Translations under genes and position numbers: made by a program
Source of the DNA: Mobula hypostoma
Taxonomy: Eukaryota
Reading direction: 5' to 3'
NCBI RefSeq assembly: GCF_963921235.1
Contig: NC_086118.1
Coordinates: 19,966,001-20,030,000, forward strand
Length of the DNA stretch: 64,000 bases
Notes under the pieces: generated by a model
The model's database searches: none
What the model was told of the DNA's origin: nothing
The model's input: only the letters and a program-made list of their open reading frames with translations
Shown: positions 12,640 to 26,190 of the stretch, piece after piece
How positions within the stretch are numbered: position 1 is the first letter of the stretch
Layout of the letters: each line of letters starts with the position of its first letter

Positions 12640-12990
12640 AAACATAAATTATAGGACGGAGCAGCACAGGAATAGACCCTCCAGCCCATAATTTTGTGCT
12701 GAACAGCATAAATTAATCCCTTCTGCCTACACAATGTCCACATCCCTCCATTCTTGGTACCTTCGTATGCTATGTAAGAATGTCTTAAATAACTATTGTG
12801 TTTCCCTGCACCTACAGCTCTAACAGTGCATTCTAGCTACCCACCACTCTCTGTGCAAAAAAACTTATCCTCCATATCTCCTTTGAACTTACAGTATCCC
12901 CTCTCATCTTAAATGAGTGACCTCTGGTAGTCACCTAAGCGAAAGAATCGGCTGTTAAGGAAAGTTAATGGCCTCATATAATTTAAAGTA
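12640..12990 (-). mobile_element. Old CR1 3' fragment
   Basis: CCACCACTCTCTGTGCAAAAAAACTT (reversed FFxQRVV) plus a reversed 3' UTR hairpin. Confidence 0.65.
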
Positions 12991-14345
12991 ACCGTTCTTT
13001 GGAGAATCCAGACCCTCAGCTCCATTTGCTTTGGAAACATTGCTGTAGCCCGATGAGTTGTGATAGTCGTAAATGCATTGAACAGTGGCTGATAGGCGGA
13101 TCCCCGCTGCACAGCCCAGTGCATTCTTTATTTGCCCCTGGCCTTTATGGAAAACGCTGACTCACGCTGGAGGGAAGTTTGACACGTGACAGAAGCTTTC
13201 CACTGCCGGCCGCAAGACTTTCTTCACAGGTGTGGTGTTTAGCAGCAAGACATGTTTGCAGCTAAGCATGATTTTCTTCTCACGTAACATCAGCTTACAT
13301 GTGCTTTTCAACAAGAAGAACTTCAAATGAGATACCTGCTCCACTCTCCCTCTCCACATTCCTGACCCCACAGTCTCAGCCTGAGGCCAGCTCAGAAACC
13401 AGGAAACAAACACAATCTGTTTGGCTTAGTGATTGATATGGCAATGTTATAAATATGCTTCACCTGACCTTGACCGTGTTTACTGCAAATGATCTGTTTA
13501 CAAAAAAAAAGTGAAAAATACCCCCACATACTTACATATAAAAAGGTTATTTTGAAACCTGGTGTTTCGAAATGAGTCACTGTTCTTTTTATGCTTACTT
13601 AACCTTATATTTCAATAATAATATGGTGATTGCACAGTGTGGGCCTCCAACTCAGAGGCAAAGGATAGTCCCAAGTGCCCACCTTATTCCATTGTTCCTC
13701 CTCTTCCATAACCAATTATTTAAATGGTTGAGAAGATCTCTGATTCAATCTTTTACATTCCAGCAGATATTGTATCGAAGTCTAAAAGCATTTTCAATTT
13801 TCAGAAGGCTTTTCTATGACCCAAGCCTGGAAGAATAACGAAAATAGAAAATGCCGTGCAAGAAACAAAACAATGTTCTCTCTACATCATTCTGTGACCT
13901 TTAGACTCCAATATTCACTTGCCGGAGTGGCATTGACATGCATTGCACAAACGGAATCTAACAGATGTCAGTCTATTTTGGAATTTCAACCCACAAATAA
14001 TGCATCGAAGATCACAGGGGTTTAATTTGTTGGGTACTTGTAAGGTTAAAGAAAGTAACGGGTAATACTGGCAGAGAAAGCAATGGAAAGCCAGAGATGA
14101 ACGAGTTACTTTCTAATAAACATATTAAAGTTTTATTGAGAGTTACAGACTGGCTGCAGCCATATTACTTCCTTCAGTAAGACTATTCATGTTCTTTAAC
14201 AGGATTGTTGTTAGCTTCTGTAATATACAAAACTAGATACAATGTTCAGAGGAAAGATTGTTCAATTAGATGCTCCTTGGCTTGGCATTCTCCTTCCACC
14301 TCCTCTTCTCTCACTCACGTTCTGAAACCAGGGAATGTCACCCTT

Positions 14346-14512
14346 AACCATATAACCATATAACAATTACAGCACGGAAACAGGACATCTCAGCCCTTCT
14401 AGTCCGTGCCAAACTCTTACCCTATCCTAGTCCCACCGACCTGCACTCATCCCATAACCCTCCATTCCTTTCCTGTCCATATAGCTATCTAATTTATCTT
14501 TAAACGACAACA
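14346..14512 (-). mobile_element. CR1 3' end fragment with (AACCATAT)n reversed tail
   Basis: AACCATATAACCATATAACAATTACAGCACGGAAACAGG...CAGCCCTT, the reversed CR1 3' UTR. Confidence 0.7.
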
Positions 14513-17500
14513 TAAAGTTAAATACTTAAATACTTAAGTATTCAGTAGCTATTAGCCATGGTGATCGACAGGATTCATCAGCTGAACAACAGAGGCTACT
14601 CCCTGATGACTTTCCTGGAAGCATTAAGGATCAACCTTGGTAGAACTTCAGAATGTGGAAATCTTCTGTTGCATAAAGCATTATAAGTAGATCACTTCTG
14701 TGTGAAAATATCTTGATTCAGTCTTCTGTGTGGAAGTAGATACATCGAGATTTGGGAACTGGTGCACTGTCTCTGTGTGCTGGGAAGGGCCTAAATATCA
14801 GTGAAGAATAAATTGATTGGATTGGACTGCTTAGTCTGATTGCAGAATAAAGTAGAGAAGGGGAAGCAACGATTGTTAAAGGGATTTTGTCATTTGTCAT
14901 GCCTTATGAAATAAATGCAGAATTAGGCCATTTCGCCCATTGAGTCTGCTCTACCATTCCATCATGGCTGATTTATTAACCCTCTCAACCCCATTCTTCT
15001 GCCTTCTCCCAGGAAAACTAATGGTTCTGCTGGTGACTCTGCGAAATAGATGAGTGTAAGTGCATTTTATTCTGCATGCTGCTATTGTTTTCCCTTATAC
15101 TACCTTAATGCACTGATATATGGAACACTCTGTATGGATGGCATGCAAAACAAAGTTTTTCACTGTACCTTGGTATATCAGAAAAAAATTGAACCAATTT
15201 GCCAAAGTACTTCACAAAAAGTACACAGTCATTTCCAATTGAGCTCTTGGTCTGAGACTGGATTGTCTATACCATGCAGCCTCTTTACCATTGAAGACTC
15301 AGTTTACAGCATCAGTTTAAAGTTATGATTCTTGTTGAGCTCTCATTCTTACTGATAACAGGAAGGTTAACTCTGTGAAACTATAAAGTTAGAAAACTTG
15401 AAACTTTTGGAACTACAATTTAGGCATGCATATCGGGTACACACAGATTTCAGGAAGGTAAACTTCCAGCCGAAGTCACTGGCAGTAAAATCATTCAGGG
15501 CAGTCACATCAGGACTGGGCACTAATCAGATCACACTGTCATCTCAACCTGCTGTGTAATGTGAATTTGGCCAGTGTGCCTGTCGTCCGATCATGGGAAC
15601 AGGCACAGATTTGGGTCATCAGCTCCAGGCAATTCTGGGGCACATAAATAAACTAGGGCATTTTATCTGCACAGCCATCCGATCAGGAGAAGCAAACAAC
15701 TATAAACAAATATTAAATTGCTGAAACGATTTATTCTACTGAAATGGGAATCAGCTTTTAGTGCAAGTAGAGAGAGGCAAATTGTCTTGATGGGTCCTTC
15801 ACTCAAAATCCAAGAACAAATTAAAAATAAGTAACTTAATCTTTAAGTAGACATGTTGTGCCTAAGCAATACTAATAAAGGGACAAGTCTTTCACTGGCT
15901 TTGACCCAAGCAGCCATAGGAAGAGATTTGTATTCCGTTACCTGCAATAAATGTGATTCCAGATGCAGGCATAGGAATATATAGAATCTGAAAAATTCAA
16001 ATCCCCAGTCCTGCTCTGCCATTCAATGTGATCTGACTACAACCTCAAATATCCTTCACTGGATATACTCACATCCACACATTCAATTCCTTCATTCTGA
16101 GGCAGCCCATTGTATCTGCCAAGTTTCCATCATTGCATTGGACTGGACAAATGATTGACCCCTTGGGAACAAGGGAAATCCCCAGGATTCCTGTCATCTA
16201 ATTCCAATGTGAGTTCCAGAAAGCACTGAAGAGAGGAGCTGTAACAAGGTAAAGAGGCCCAAAATAAACATTATGAAATTTGTGAAGACACAGTAAGGTG
16301 TATAACCCACAGCCAATATTCTGCATGCATTCAGTACTGGTATCAAAAAGCAAATTTCCTACCCTGCAGAAAGCAAATAATTTGCTCCTTCATGACATTA
16401 CATCCTGAAGAAAGCTTGCAGAATCATTTCCAAGTCTAGTCAGGTCTTGTTTTCACTTAGAAGATGATTGGAAGAAGAGTTTTATTGCATAATCCCATCC
16501 TTTTATTGTTATTAGTTACACAGAATATCATCAGGAATTTTAGTCACAACATTATACTGCCTATTTTCCAAGACAAATTGCATCCTTCCATGGATGATGT
16601 GTGTGCATTGCAGAAAGATGTTATGTCAGTACAGATACAACGCTGACCTGAAGCCTTCTATACAACTTTGGGCAACATATAACTATCAATATAAACTGTG
16701 AGCCAAGTAAAGAAAAGAGGGGCTGAGTAAGAGCAGAATGCCAATCTCCTATCTCTCCAAAGCAAAGTAATTGCTGAAAGCGGTCAGCAAGTCAAGCAAT
16801 ATCTGTAGAAAGGGACAACAGATGTGATACTTTGGTCAAAGACCCTAAATTAGAACTGAAAGATACTGAGTATTTAACATGAAATGTTTACACTGCTTAT
16901 CCGCTCCAAGGACACTGCTTGACCTGCTGAGTGTTTCTGGTATTTTCCATCTTTGTTTTGAGTGTCCAACATCTAGAGATTTTTGCTTCCCTTCTCTCCA
17001 ACTGAGACTGTATATGTGGATCTTGAATTATTTGAGGTTTATTGAAGGAATGAGTCGGAAATATGTTCCTTTTGTTGAGGAGGACTGACAGCTGCCCATG
17101 CAAGCTGAGAGTGACTCTGAGATGAAGATGGCCTTCTTTTGTTATTTGGAGCCTTTGTAATGGTTGAAATGGAACTCCAGTGTTACCTGGTTCAGGTGGT
17201 GTGAGCCTGTAGACATCCTTCCTTGGCTGGAGAGCCTGAAAGAAGGGATGAAAACATCTTCTGGCCAGAAGTCAAGATTTTACAGAGAATTACAATATTA
17301 CCTTTGGGTCCCTGGAGCCAAGGCAGCAGTGCTAACCACTGCATCACTGTGCTGCCTCACTGACCTTTAGGCAATGAAAAATAGTTCCAGCATTTTTCCA
17401 AAGCGCTTGGGATATTAGTCCTGCTGTTGGCTTCTCTGGTCATGTTGTCCCAGTGACACTTCATTTCTGCTCTGGCGATCTTGCTGGAATCTCAGATGTT

Positions 17501-18524
17501 GTAGAAATCTCTGTTTTCTCCCTCCATCACTTTTTCAGCTAAGGCATCAAGGTTCAAGAATCCAGACACCCTCACATTTATCATGGCTTCAGTAAACATT
17601 CCTAGTCCTTCAGAATAGGTTCAGTTTTGAGTACCTTTCCTTTTAGAGTTGAAAGCCTAAGTATAATCAAGACTGAAGTGATTCAATTGATGTTAAAGAC
17701 TCCTAAAACCGTTTTTTTTGTGTGTGTGTGTGAATGTGCACTATCGCACAAGGCAGCCCAATTGGGACTGTCCGATAGTTGCAATCATTTCTTGATGTGC
17801 ATGCATGGACTTCAGGTGCAATCAACAGTAGGTCAATCTAGTATAAGTCCCTGATGCATTGCTTTCCTACAATGTATTTTCCAGCACAATTGAATTCTTA
17901 GGCTACAGAGCCTTGACAATACTTTACTCAAGGGAATAACCATGTTTAAATGCCACATCATCCTGTCACTGAGACTTCTTTTGATAAAGAGGAGTAAGCT
18001 GAACAAAGCTGTCTTTCAGGCTTGTTGGGCTGTGTGTTTATCTTGATAAATTTCAATTGTTCGGGGTGGTAACAGAATGTCACTGGAACAGACCAGTTCA
18101 ACTTCTCTTTTAAGAACTGTTGAACTGATTACAACCAGTTCAGGTGTACAGAATATAAATAGATTGTATGAATCAAAAAAAAACTGCTGCACATATGGGG
18201 AGAGGAACTAAAATAATAACCATTTTATGCTTTTAATCCTCTGTACATAGACACTCAGTAAATTCCACTTTTTATGAAGCAGTAACTTACTTGAGCACTT
18301 ATAACTGAATATCTCTCATTTAAATGGTAGAATTTCTGATGGATTAAGGTCAACGCTCTTCAGTCTATTATAAATAAGCACAATCTCCACAATTAATCCC
18401 ATTTAATTTTAATATAATCTTTTTTTAATGCTGCCATTTTGGAGTAAGAGGTCCAAGATGATATATTGTCCTGTTTACCTGTCCTTGTAAAGGTAATGCT
18501 TAAAAGACAAACTCCAGGAGATTA

Positions 18525-19045
18525 AAAGTTCAAAAGTTCAAAGTAAATTTATTATCAAAGTACATATATGTCACCGTGTATAACCATGATAGTTGTTTTC
18601 TTGTGGGCATACATTGTAAATCCAAGAAGCACAATAAAATCAATGTCAGACCATACCCAACAGGACAGACAAACAACCAATTTGCGAAAGACATCAAACT
18701 GTGCAAATACAAAAGAGAAACTAATAATAATTCATAAATAAGCAATAAATAATGAGAAAATGAGATGAAGAGTCCTTGAAAGTGAGTCTTAAGTTATGGG
18801 ACAGTTCAGTGACGGAGTGAAATTCAGAGAAGTTACCCCCTCTGGTTCAAGAGCCTGATAGTGAAGGGTGATAACTGTTCCTGAACCTGACGGTGTGGCT
18901 CCAGAGGTTCCTGCACCTTCTACCTCAGGGCTGCAGCAGGACGAGAACATGGCCTGGGTGGGGGTGTCCTTCATGATGGATGCTGCATTTCTGAGACAAT
19001 GCTCTATGTAGAAGTGCTGAATGGTAGGGAGGGTTTACCTATGAT
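18525..19045 (-). mobile_element. Rex1/Babar LINE 3' fragment
   Basis: Reversed (TTGAACTT)n tail and 3' UTR; frameshifted C-terminal motif of the type KDPxHPGH..LLPSGRR..RFRNSY. Confidence 0.75.
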
Positions 19046-19353
19046 AGAAAAAACAGGTAGCAAAACATTACCAATTAAATTACCAAAGCATATGAAGAAA
19101 TAGTCCTTACATTCATAATCAGAGTTTTAGGTTTGTACAGTTATGCAGAATGGAAAGGGATCCTTCGGCCCAATTCATCCATGAAACCAAGTTTCCTTCC
19201 TGATGTAATCACATTTGACTACATTCGTCCCATATCCTTCTAAACCTCCCCTGTCCATGAACCATTCTAAATGTCTTTTAATCATTCTCATTTTGGCTGG
19301 CTCAACCAATTTGATCCATGTACCTACCCACATGCTCAAGACTAAAGCCCTTT

Positions 19354-19655
19354 TATAGGCATCCGTTAGTCTCATGACCATGGATTTGTGCCTTGGAAGG
19401 TTTCCAGGGCGCAGGCCTGGGCAAGGTTGTATGGAAGACTGGCAGTTGCCCATGCTGCAAGTCACTGATGTTGTCCAAGGGAAGGGCACTAGGGCTGATA
19501 CAGCTTGGCACCGGTGTCGTCACAGAGCAATGTGTGGTTAAGTGCCTTGCTCAAGGACACAACACGTTGCCTCAGCTGAGGCTCGAACTAGCGACCTTCA
19601 GATCACTAGACTGACACCTTAACCACTTGGCCACGCACCAGCACAACACAACACA
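19354..19655 (-). mobile_element. Full-length tRNA-derived CORE-like SINE with RTE-type tail and 13-bp TSD
   Basis: Minus strand: A box TGGCCAAGTGG, B box GTTCGAGCC, CORE-like GTGTCCTTGAGCAAGGCACTTAACC. TSD ACTAAAGCCCTTT at 19341-19353 and 19656-19668. Confidence 0.85.
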
Positions 19656-19714
19656 ACTAAAGCCCTTTATAAACCCATTATCAAGTAACACACTGCCCTC
19701 CAATAATATATTCA

Positions 19715-20310
19715 TGGTAAAATGTTGGCAAATGTGGATCATTTCCTTTAACTTGGGAGCCACCTCTTGGTGAAAGTAGATATTGATGATGAAATTCACC
19801 ACTGCCTTCAATGCACTAGCATAGCCCATGGTTGATTGAAGAAAAGTGCATTTGAAAATCAGGAGCTCAGACCTGGCAAAAAAAAATCCATGGTCTATTA
19901 CACAGCAGTACCCTCCCATAAGATTCTGATACCAGGACTCTTTGCAGCAGACGTTATCTGGAAATTGAGTCTGTATTCACTAGAAGAATGAATGAACCAA
20001 CACCAGCCATCAACCCAGAAATGAACCTTTAGTTACCCTCAATGCCTTCTTGATGAAATGCGACATCCCCACTGACTCCTGGGAGCCTCTGGCTCAGTTC
20101 TACTCAAAGTAAAGGAGGAATGGGGAAGGTGTTGAAAACTTTGAAGCTACACATCTAGAGCACACCAAGATTCTACATAAGCAACCACCCACTGTGTCAG
20201 CTTTCTTCTGCCCTACCTGTGGAAGAATCTACAGTTCTTCATCAGCCAACTCAGAACCTACAAAAATGAAGTGAAAACAATTCACCCTCAATCCTGAGAG
20301 ATATTCAAAG
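19715..20310 (+). mobile_element. Decayed RTE LINE, RT C-terminal region
   Basis: Manual translation through a frameshift: VDHF..LGSHLLVKVDIDDEIHHCLQCTSIAHG*LKKSAFENQELRPGKK, a typical RTE motif string. Confidence 0.75.
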
Positions 20311-21009
20311 AAAATGATACCACCATTGCCAGATCAAAGTTCTTAAGTTTGCCAAAATCATCCAGTTCTTAGAAAAATCAAAGTAAGTACTACATTAACC
20401 TTCCAGTTCAACCATATGTAGAACACAACATCCTAAATCTCATACACATAGATTCCCACTAAATATAATATGAATTTGATAGGTATTTGTTTTCTCAAAA
20501 TTATATTGACAAACATTCTCAGATATTGTGGCAACTTTCACTCCATTGTTTCCTTATCTTTATCTAATCCCAGGAATTGTTGACAATGCTGAAGTTAATC
20601 ATTAGAAGTTAAATTGAATTAGTGTCATATTGTTCTATATTCAGAATTGATACATTTTAGGATACCCATTATTACATCTTAGCATGGTAATATTAATTGA
20701 TCTGTGCTGGACTTATTTTTTGACATGTTCTAACTTTATGTATAAGATAGTTCAAAATGAAATTGTATCCTGCGGGTCAAGAAGTTTGGTCATCTCTGCT
20801 CAGTCATTCATTGAAGAAATGGGAGAGCATTTTCAGTTCAAAATTCCACTAGTTTTAAGGACATCCATCTAACATTCTCTGTGATAGTTTTTTATGCTGA
20901 AAATATAAAAATACTGGCTTTTCTTCTGGTTCTAGTATAGGATCAAGTTTCACTGAGGTTGTTCTACCTTTTCTGAAATGAGCTAATGTTAACCTCTAAG
21001 AAATTTAAA

Positions 21010-21191
21010 AGGTTCAAGATCAGATTGAAGTTTACTGTTATCTGACTGTACATATACACAACCAAATAAATCAATATTCCAACAGACAACGAGGCACTTG
21101 CACAACATATATCACACACAGCACACAAACCAAAACATTATACGATAAATAGTTTAATAAATATAATATTAATTCAAAATGCATGTAGTAA
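21010..21191 (-). mobile_element. Rex1/Babar 3' UTR, left half of an element split by the CR1
   Basis: Reversed Rex-type tail and UTR; the element resumes at 25918-26190. Confidence 0.55.
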
Positions 21192-24100
21192 AGGCGAGGT
21201 AGGTGACTTGCGTTACGTATCCCATAACTGGGTTGCCAAACCAGCAGAAATGGACCACTTAGTTGGAATCTGGATTACTGGAACTAAGAAAGTTTTATTA
21301 AAGAAATAAGTAACACAGTACTCTAATCGTAAGGATAGAAACGCAACAGATTAGCAATGATAAAACACACAGGTACACAGAACTAGGGTAATAGGAATCA
21401 ACCAAGCTCTATTGCAGTCTAGGGGTAAAATGATTAGTCTCAAGTGACGCAGAGTTCAGTTCAGCTGGGTACAGTTCGCAGTAATCGCTGTTGTGCCATT
21501 GGAGAGAGAGAGAGATGATATGCAAATCTGATTCAGACAGACCTTTGTTCTTCGCAGTTAGCTTTCGGGCGAACCCTTTTAATGTCTTCTGTGGTCACCG
21601 ACTGTGACCCCTCTATTCCGGATACGACCGTTCTTCCGCGATGAACCCGGCACCCAGGCAAGGGCGGACACACACACCAGGTTCCCGCCAATCGTACCTT
21701 TTCACCCTGTGCATCTATGGTCGGTCCCACGACCAGACCTCCAAACTTCCACCAACTTGTGGGGGCACACCGCTTTTCCAGGGTCTCGTTATCTCGTGAT
21801 CTCGTGGTGTCATGCCTTAGCGAACCTGTTCTTTTTATCCCCCTGCTGGGGTATCGTCTGTCCATCAAACTTCAAACAGTTCAGGTTCAAAGCAACCAGT
21901 CTGTCAATACTCGGACTAGTGTCTCTTTTCGTTATCTCTCTCTCCTCTCTCATTAACATTTTGAACGTTTCTCCATTTGTCTCCCTTATCTCTCTCATCA
22001 GCATCAATCTTCCGATAACTTGGTTTCTCTTCACACCTGTGAGAAATAGAAACAGAAAGTATGTCTGTGAGGCCGATGTTCTGTACTGGGTGTCAGATGT
22101 GGGATGTCCAGGATACTCCCAGCCTCCCAGAAGGCCATATCTGCACCAGGTGTGTCGAGCTGCGGCTCCTTAGGGACTGCATTATGGAAGCTCGATGACC
22201 TTCGTCTGGTCAGGGAGAGTGAGTAGGTAATAGAGTGGAGCTACAGGCAAGTAGTCACATCGGGGCCTGGGGAGACAGATAGGTGGGTAACAGTCAGAAG
22301 CGGGAAGGGCAACAGTCAGATGCTAGAGAGTACCCCTGTGGCTGTCCCTTTAACAATAAGTTCTCCTGCTTGAGTACTGTTGGGGGGATGGCCTACCTGG
22401 GGGAAGCAACAGTGGCTGCGCCTCTGGCACAGAGTCTGGCCCTGTGGCTGAGAAGGGTAGGGAAAGGAAGAAGACAGCAGTAATTGGGGACTCTACAGTT
22501 AGGGGGTCAGACAGGCAATTCTGTGGATGCAGGAAAGAAACACGGATGGTAGTTTGCCTCCCAAGTGCCAGGGTCCAGGATGTTTCTGATCACGTCCACG
22601 ATATCCTGAAGTGGGAAGGTGAACAGCCAGAGGTCATGGTACATATTGGTACCAATGACATAGGTAGGAAAAGGGAGGAGGTTCTGAAAGCAGACTACAG
22701 GGAGTTAGGAAGGAAGTTGAGAAGCAGGATCTCAAAGGTAGTAATCTCTGGATGACTGCCTGTGCCACGCGACAGTGAAGATAGGAATAGAGTGAGGTGA
22801 AGGATAAATGCGTGGCTGAGGGATTGGAACACGGGGCAGGGATTCAAATTTCTGGATCATTGGCGCCTCTTTTGGGACAGGCATGACCTGTACAAAAAGG
22901 ACAAAAAGGACAGGTTACACTTGAATCCAAGGGGGACCAAGGGGGCAGGGAGGTTTGCAAAGGATACTGGGGAGAGTTTAAACTAGAATTGCTGGGGGGT
23001 GACAATGGAACTGAGAGACGGAGAAAGGGGCGATTGGCTTGAGACAGTGCGAGAGGGAGGGTAGGCAGGTGATAGAAAAGGGATACACTCAGACCGATGG
23101 TTTGAGATGTGTCTATTTTAATGCAAGAAGCGTCATGAACAAAGCGGATGAGCTTAGAGTGTGGATCAGTACTTGGAGCTATGATGCTGTGGCCATTACA
23201 GAGACTTGGATGGCTCAGGGGCAGGAATGGCTACTTAGAGTGTCAGGCTTTAGATGTTCCAGAAAGGACAGTGGTGGGGAGCAAGAGAGGTGGGGGCGTG
23301 GCACTGCTGATCAGACGCAGTGTCGCGGCTGCAGAAAAGGGGGAAGTCATGGAGCGATTGTCTACAGAGTCTCTGGGTTGAAGTTAGAAACAGGAAGGGG
23401 GTCAATAACTCTACTGGGTATTTTTTATAGACCACCCAATAGTAACAGGGATATCGAGGAGCAGATAGGGAGACAGATTCTGGAAAGGTGTAATAATAAC
23501 AGGGTTGTTGTGGTGGAATATTTTACTTTCCCAAATACTGATTGGCATCTCCCTAGAGCAACGGGTTTAGATGGGGTGGAGTTTTTTAGGGGCATTCAGG
23601 AAGGTTTCCTGACACAATATGTAGATAAGCTGAAAAAGGAAAGACTGTACTTGATCTGGTATTGGGAAATGAACCAGGTCAGTTGTCAGGTCTCTAAGTG
23701 GGAGAGCATTTTGGAGAAAGTGATCACAATTCTATCTCCTTTACCATAGCATTGGAGAGGGATAAGAACAGACAAGTTAGGAAAGTGTTTAACTGGAGTA
23801 AGGGGAAATATGAAGCTATCAGGCAGGAACTTGGAAGCATAAATTTCTCAGGGAAATATACGACAGAAATGTGGCAAATGTTCAGGGGATACTTGCATGG
23901 CGTTCTGCAAAGGTACGTTCCAATGAGACAGGGAAAGGATGGTGGGGTACAGGAACCGTGGTGTACCAAGGCTGTTGAAAACCTAGTCAAGAAGAAAAGA
24001 AAAGCTTATGAAAGGTTCAAAAAACTAGGTAATGATAGAGATCTTGAAGATTATAAAGCTAGCAGGAAGGAGTTTAAAAATAATTAGGAGAGCCAGAAGG

Positions 24101-25917
24101 GGCCATGAGAAGGTCTTGGCAAGCAAGATTAAAGAAACACCAAGGCATTCTACAAGTACGTGAAGAGCAAGAGGATAAGATGTGAGAGAATGGGACCAAT
24201 CAAGTGTGACAATGGAAAAGTGTGTATGGAATCGGAGGAGATAGCAGAGGTACTTAATGAATACTTTACTTCAGCATTCACTATGGAAAAGCATCTTGGC
24301 GAGTGTAGGGATGACTTACAGCAGATTGAAAAGCTTGAGCATATAGACTTTAAGAAAGAGGATGTGCTGGAGATTTTGGAACGCATCAAGTTGGATAGGT
24401 CTCCAGGACTGGACGAGATGTACCCAGTCTACTGTGGGAGGTGAGGGAGGAAATTGCTGAGCCTCTGGCAATGATCTTTGCATTATCAGTGGGGACGGGA
24501 GCCGTTCCAGAGGATTGGAGTGTTGCAGATGTTGTTCCCTTATTCAAGAAAGGGAGTAGAGATAGCCCAGAAAATTATAGACCAATGAGTCTTACTTCAG
24601 TGATTGGTAAGTTGATGGAAAAGATCCTGAGAGGCAGGATTTATGAACATTTGGAGAGGCATATTCCTATGATTAGGAATAGTCAGCATGGCTTTGTCAA
24701 AGGCAGGTCATGCCTTATGAGCCTGACTGAATTTTCTAAGGATGTGACTAAACACGTTGTTGAAGGTAGAGCATGTAGAAGATGTAGTGTATATGGATTT
24801 TTGCAAGGCATTTGATAAGGTACCCCATGCAAGGGTTATTGAGAAAGTAAGGAGGCATGGGATCCAGGAGGACCTTGTTTTGTGGATCCAGTACTGGATT
24901 GCCCACGGAAGGCGAAGTGTGGTTGAAGACGGGTCATATTCAGCATGGAGGTCGGTGACCAGTGGTATGCCTCAAGGATCTGTTCTGGGACTCCAGCTCT
25001 TCGTGAATTTTATAAATGACCTGGATGAGGAAGTGGAGGGATGGGTTAGTAAATTGCCGATGACACAAAGATTGGGGTTGTTGTGGATATTGTGGAGGGC
25101 TGTCAGAAGTTACAGCGGGACATCAATAGGATGCAAAAATGGGCTGAGAAGTGGCAGATGGAGTTCAACCCAGATAAGTATGAGGTGGTTCATTTTGGTG
25201 TGTCAAATATGATGACAGAATATAGTATTAATGGTAAGACTCTTGGCAGTGTGGAGGATCAGAGGGAGTTTGGGGTCCGAGTCCATAGGACACTCAAGGC
25301 TGCTGCGCAGGTTGCCTCTGTGGTTAAGAAAGCATATGGTGCATTGGCCTTCATCAATCGAAGGACTGAGTTTAATAGCCAAGAGGTAATGTTGCAGTTA
25401 TATAGGACCCTGGTCAGACCCCACTTGGAGTACTGAGCTCAGTTCTGGTCGTCTCACTATAGGAAGGATGTTGAAACCATAGAAGGGTGCAGAGGAGATT
25501 TACAAGGATATTGCCTGGATTGAGGAGTGATCGCGGCCCTTTCTCCATGGAGTGACGGACGATGAGAGGTGATCTGATGGAGGTATATAAGATGATGAGA
25601 GGCATTGATCATGTGGATAGTCAGAGACTTTTTCCCACGGCTGAAATGGCTAACAGTAGAAGGATTGGAAGAAGGTACAGAGAAGGTGTCAGGGGTAGGT
25701 TTTCTACGCAGAGAGTAGTGAGTGCGTGGAATGGGCTGCCAGCGATAGTGGTGGAGGCGAACACAGTAGGGCCTTTTGAGACACTCCCGGATAGGTACAT
25801 GGCGCTTAGAAATATAGAGGGTAACCCTTGGTAATTTCTAAAGTACATGCTCAGCACAGCATTGTGGGCTGAAGGGCCTGTATTGTGCTGTAGGTTTTCT
25901 ATGTTTCTATGTTTCTA
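21192..25917 (+). mobile_element. Near full-length CR1 LINE (family B): ORF1 (Zn finger plus SGNH esterase), ORF2 (APE plus RT), disrupted
   Basis: ORF1 esterase motifs VIGDSTVRG and VHIGTNDI (22444-22755). APE motifs YFNARS, AITETW, FYRPPN, SDHN. RT motifs NYRPMSL, DFCKAFDKVPH, PQGSVLG. (TTTCTATG)n tail ends at 25917. Confidence 0.95.
21211..22035 (-). mobile_element. Solo LTR inserted in CR1 ORF1
   Basis: About 825 bp absent from the sister CR1 at 43836-43890. Termini (C/T)GTTAC...TCACA, 4-bp TSD CTTG/CCTG, reversed AATAAA near 21295. Confidence 0.75.
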
Positions 25918-26190
25918 AAGTTCACCACAGGTAAATTGTAAACAGTACAGTGAACAGTTCGCTGTCCTTGTGATAAGATCTTGGTGGTGGCAAGGTGTCC
26001 ATGAATCTCAAAGCCTGAGAGAAGTGGCTGTTAACCAGTCTGCAGTCCTCTTCCTAATGTTTCTGTACCTTCTTCTGTTGGCAGTGGTTCAAAGAAATTG
26101 TTCAAAGAAAGGATGGTTGGGATCCTCAATAATGCTTCCAGCCCTTCATCTGCAACATTCCCCATAAATGTTGCAAATGGTGGCAGGGGC
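25918..26190 (-). mobile_element. Rex1/Babar fragment, right half
   Basis: Reversed Rex ORF C-terminus (IIEDPNHP...LPTEEG/RR..RTTRL-like), continuing from 21010-21191. Confidence 0.6.

Noticed and set aside
19570..19645. tRNA gene
   Set aside because: tRNA-derived SINE head followed by CORE and tail sequence within TSDs.
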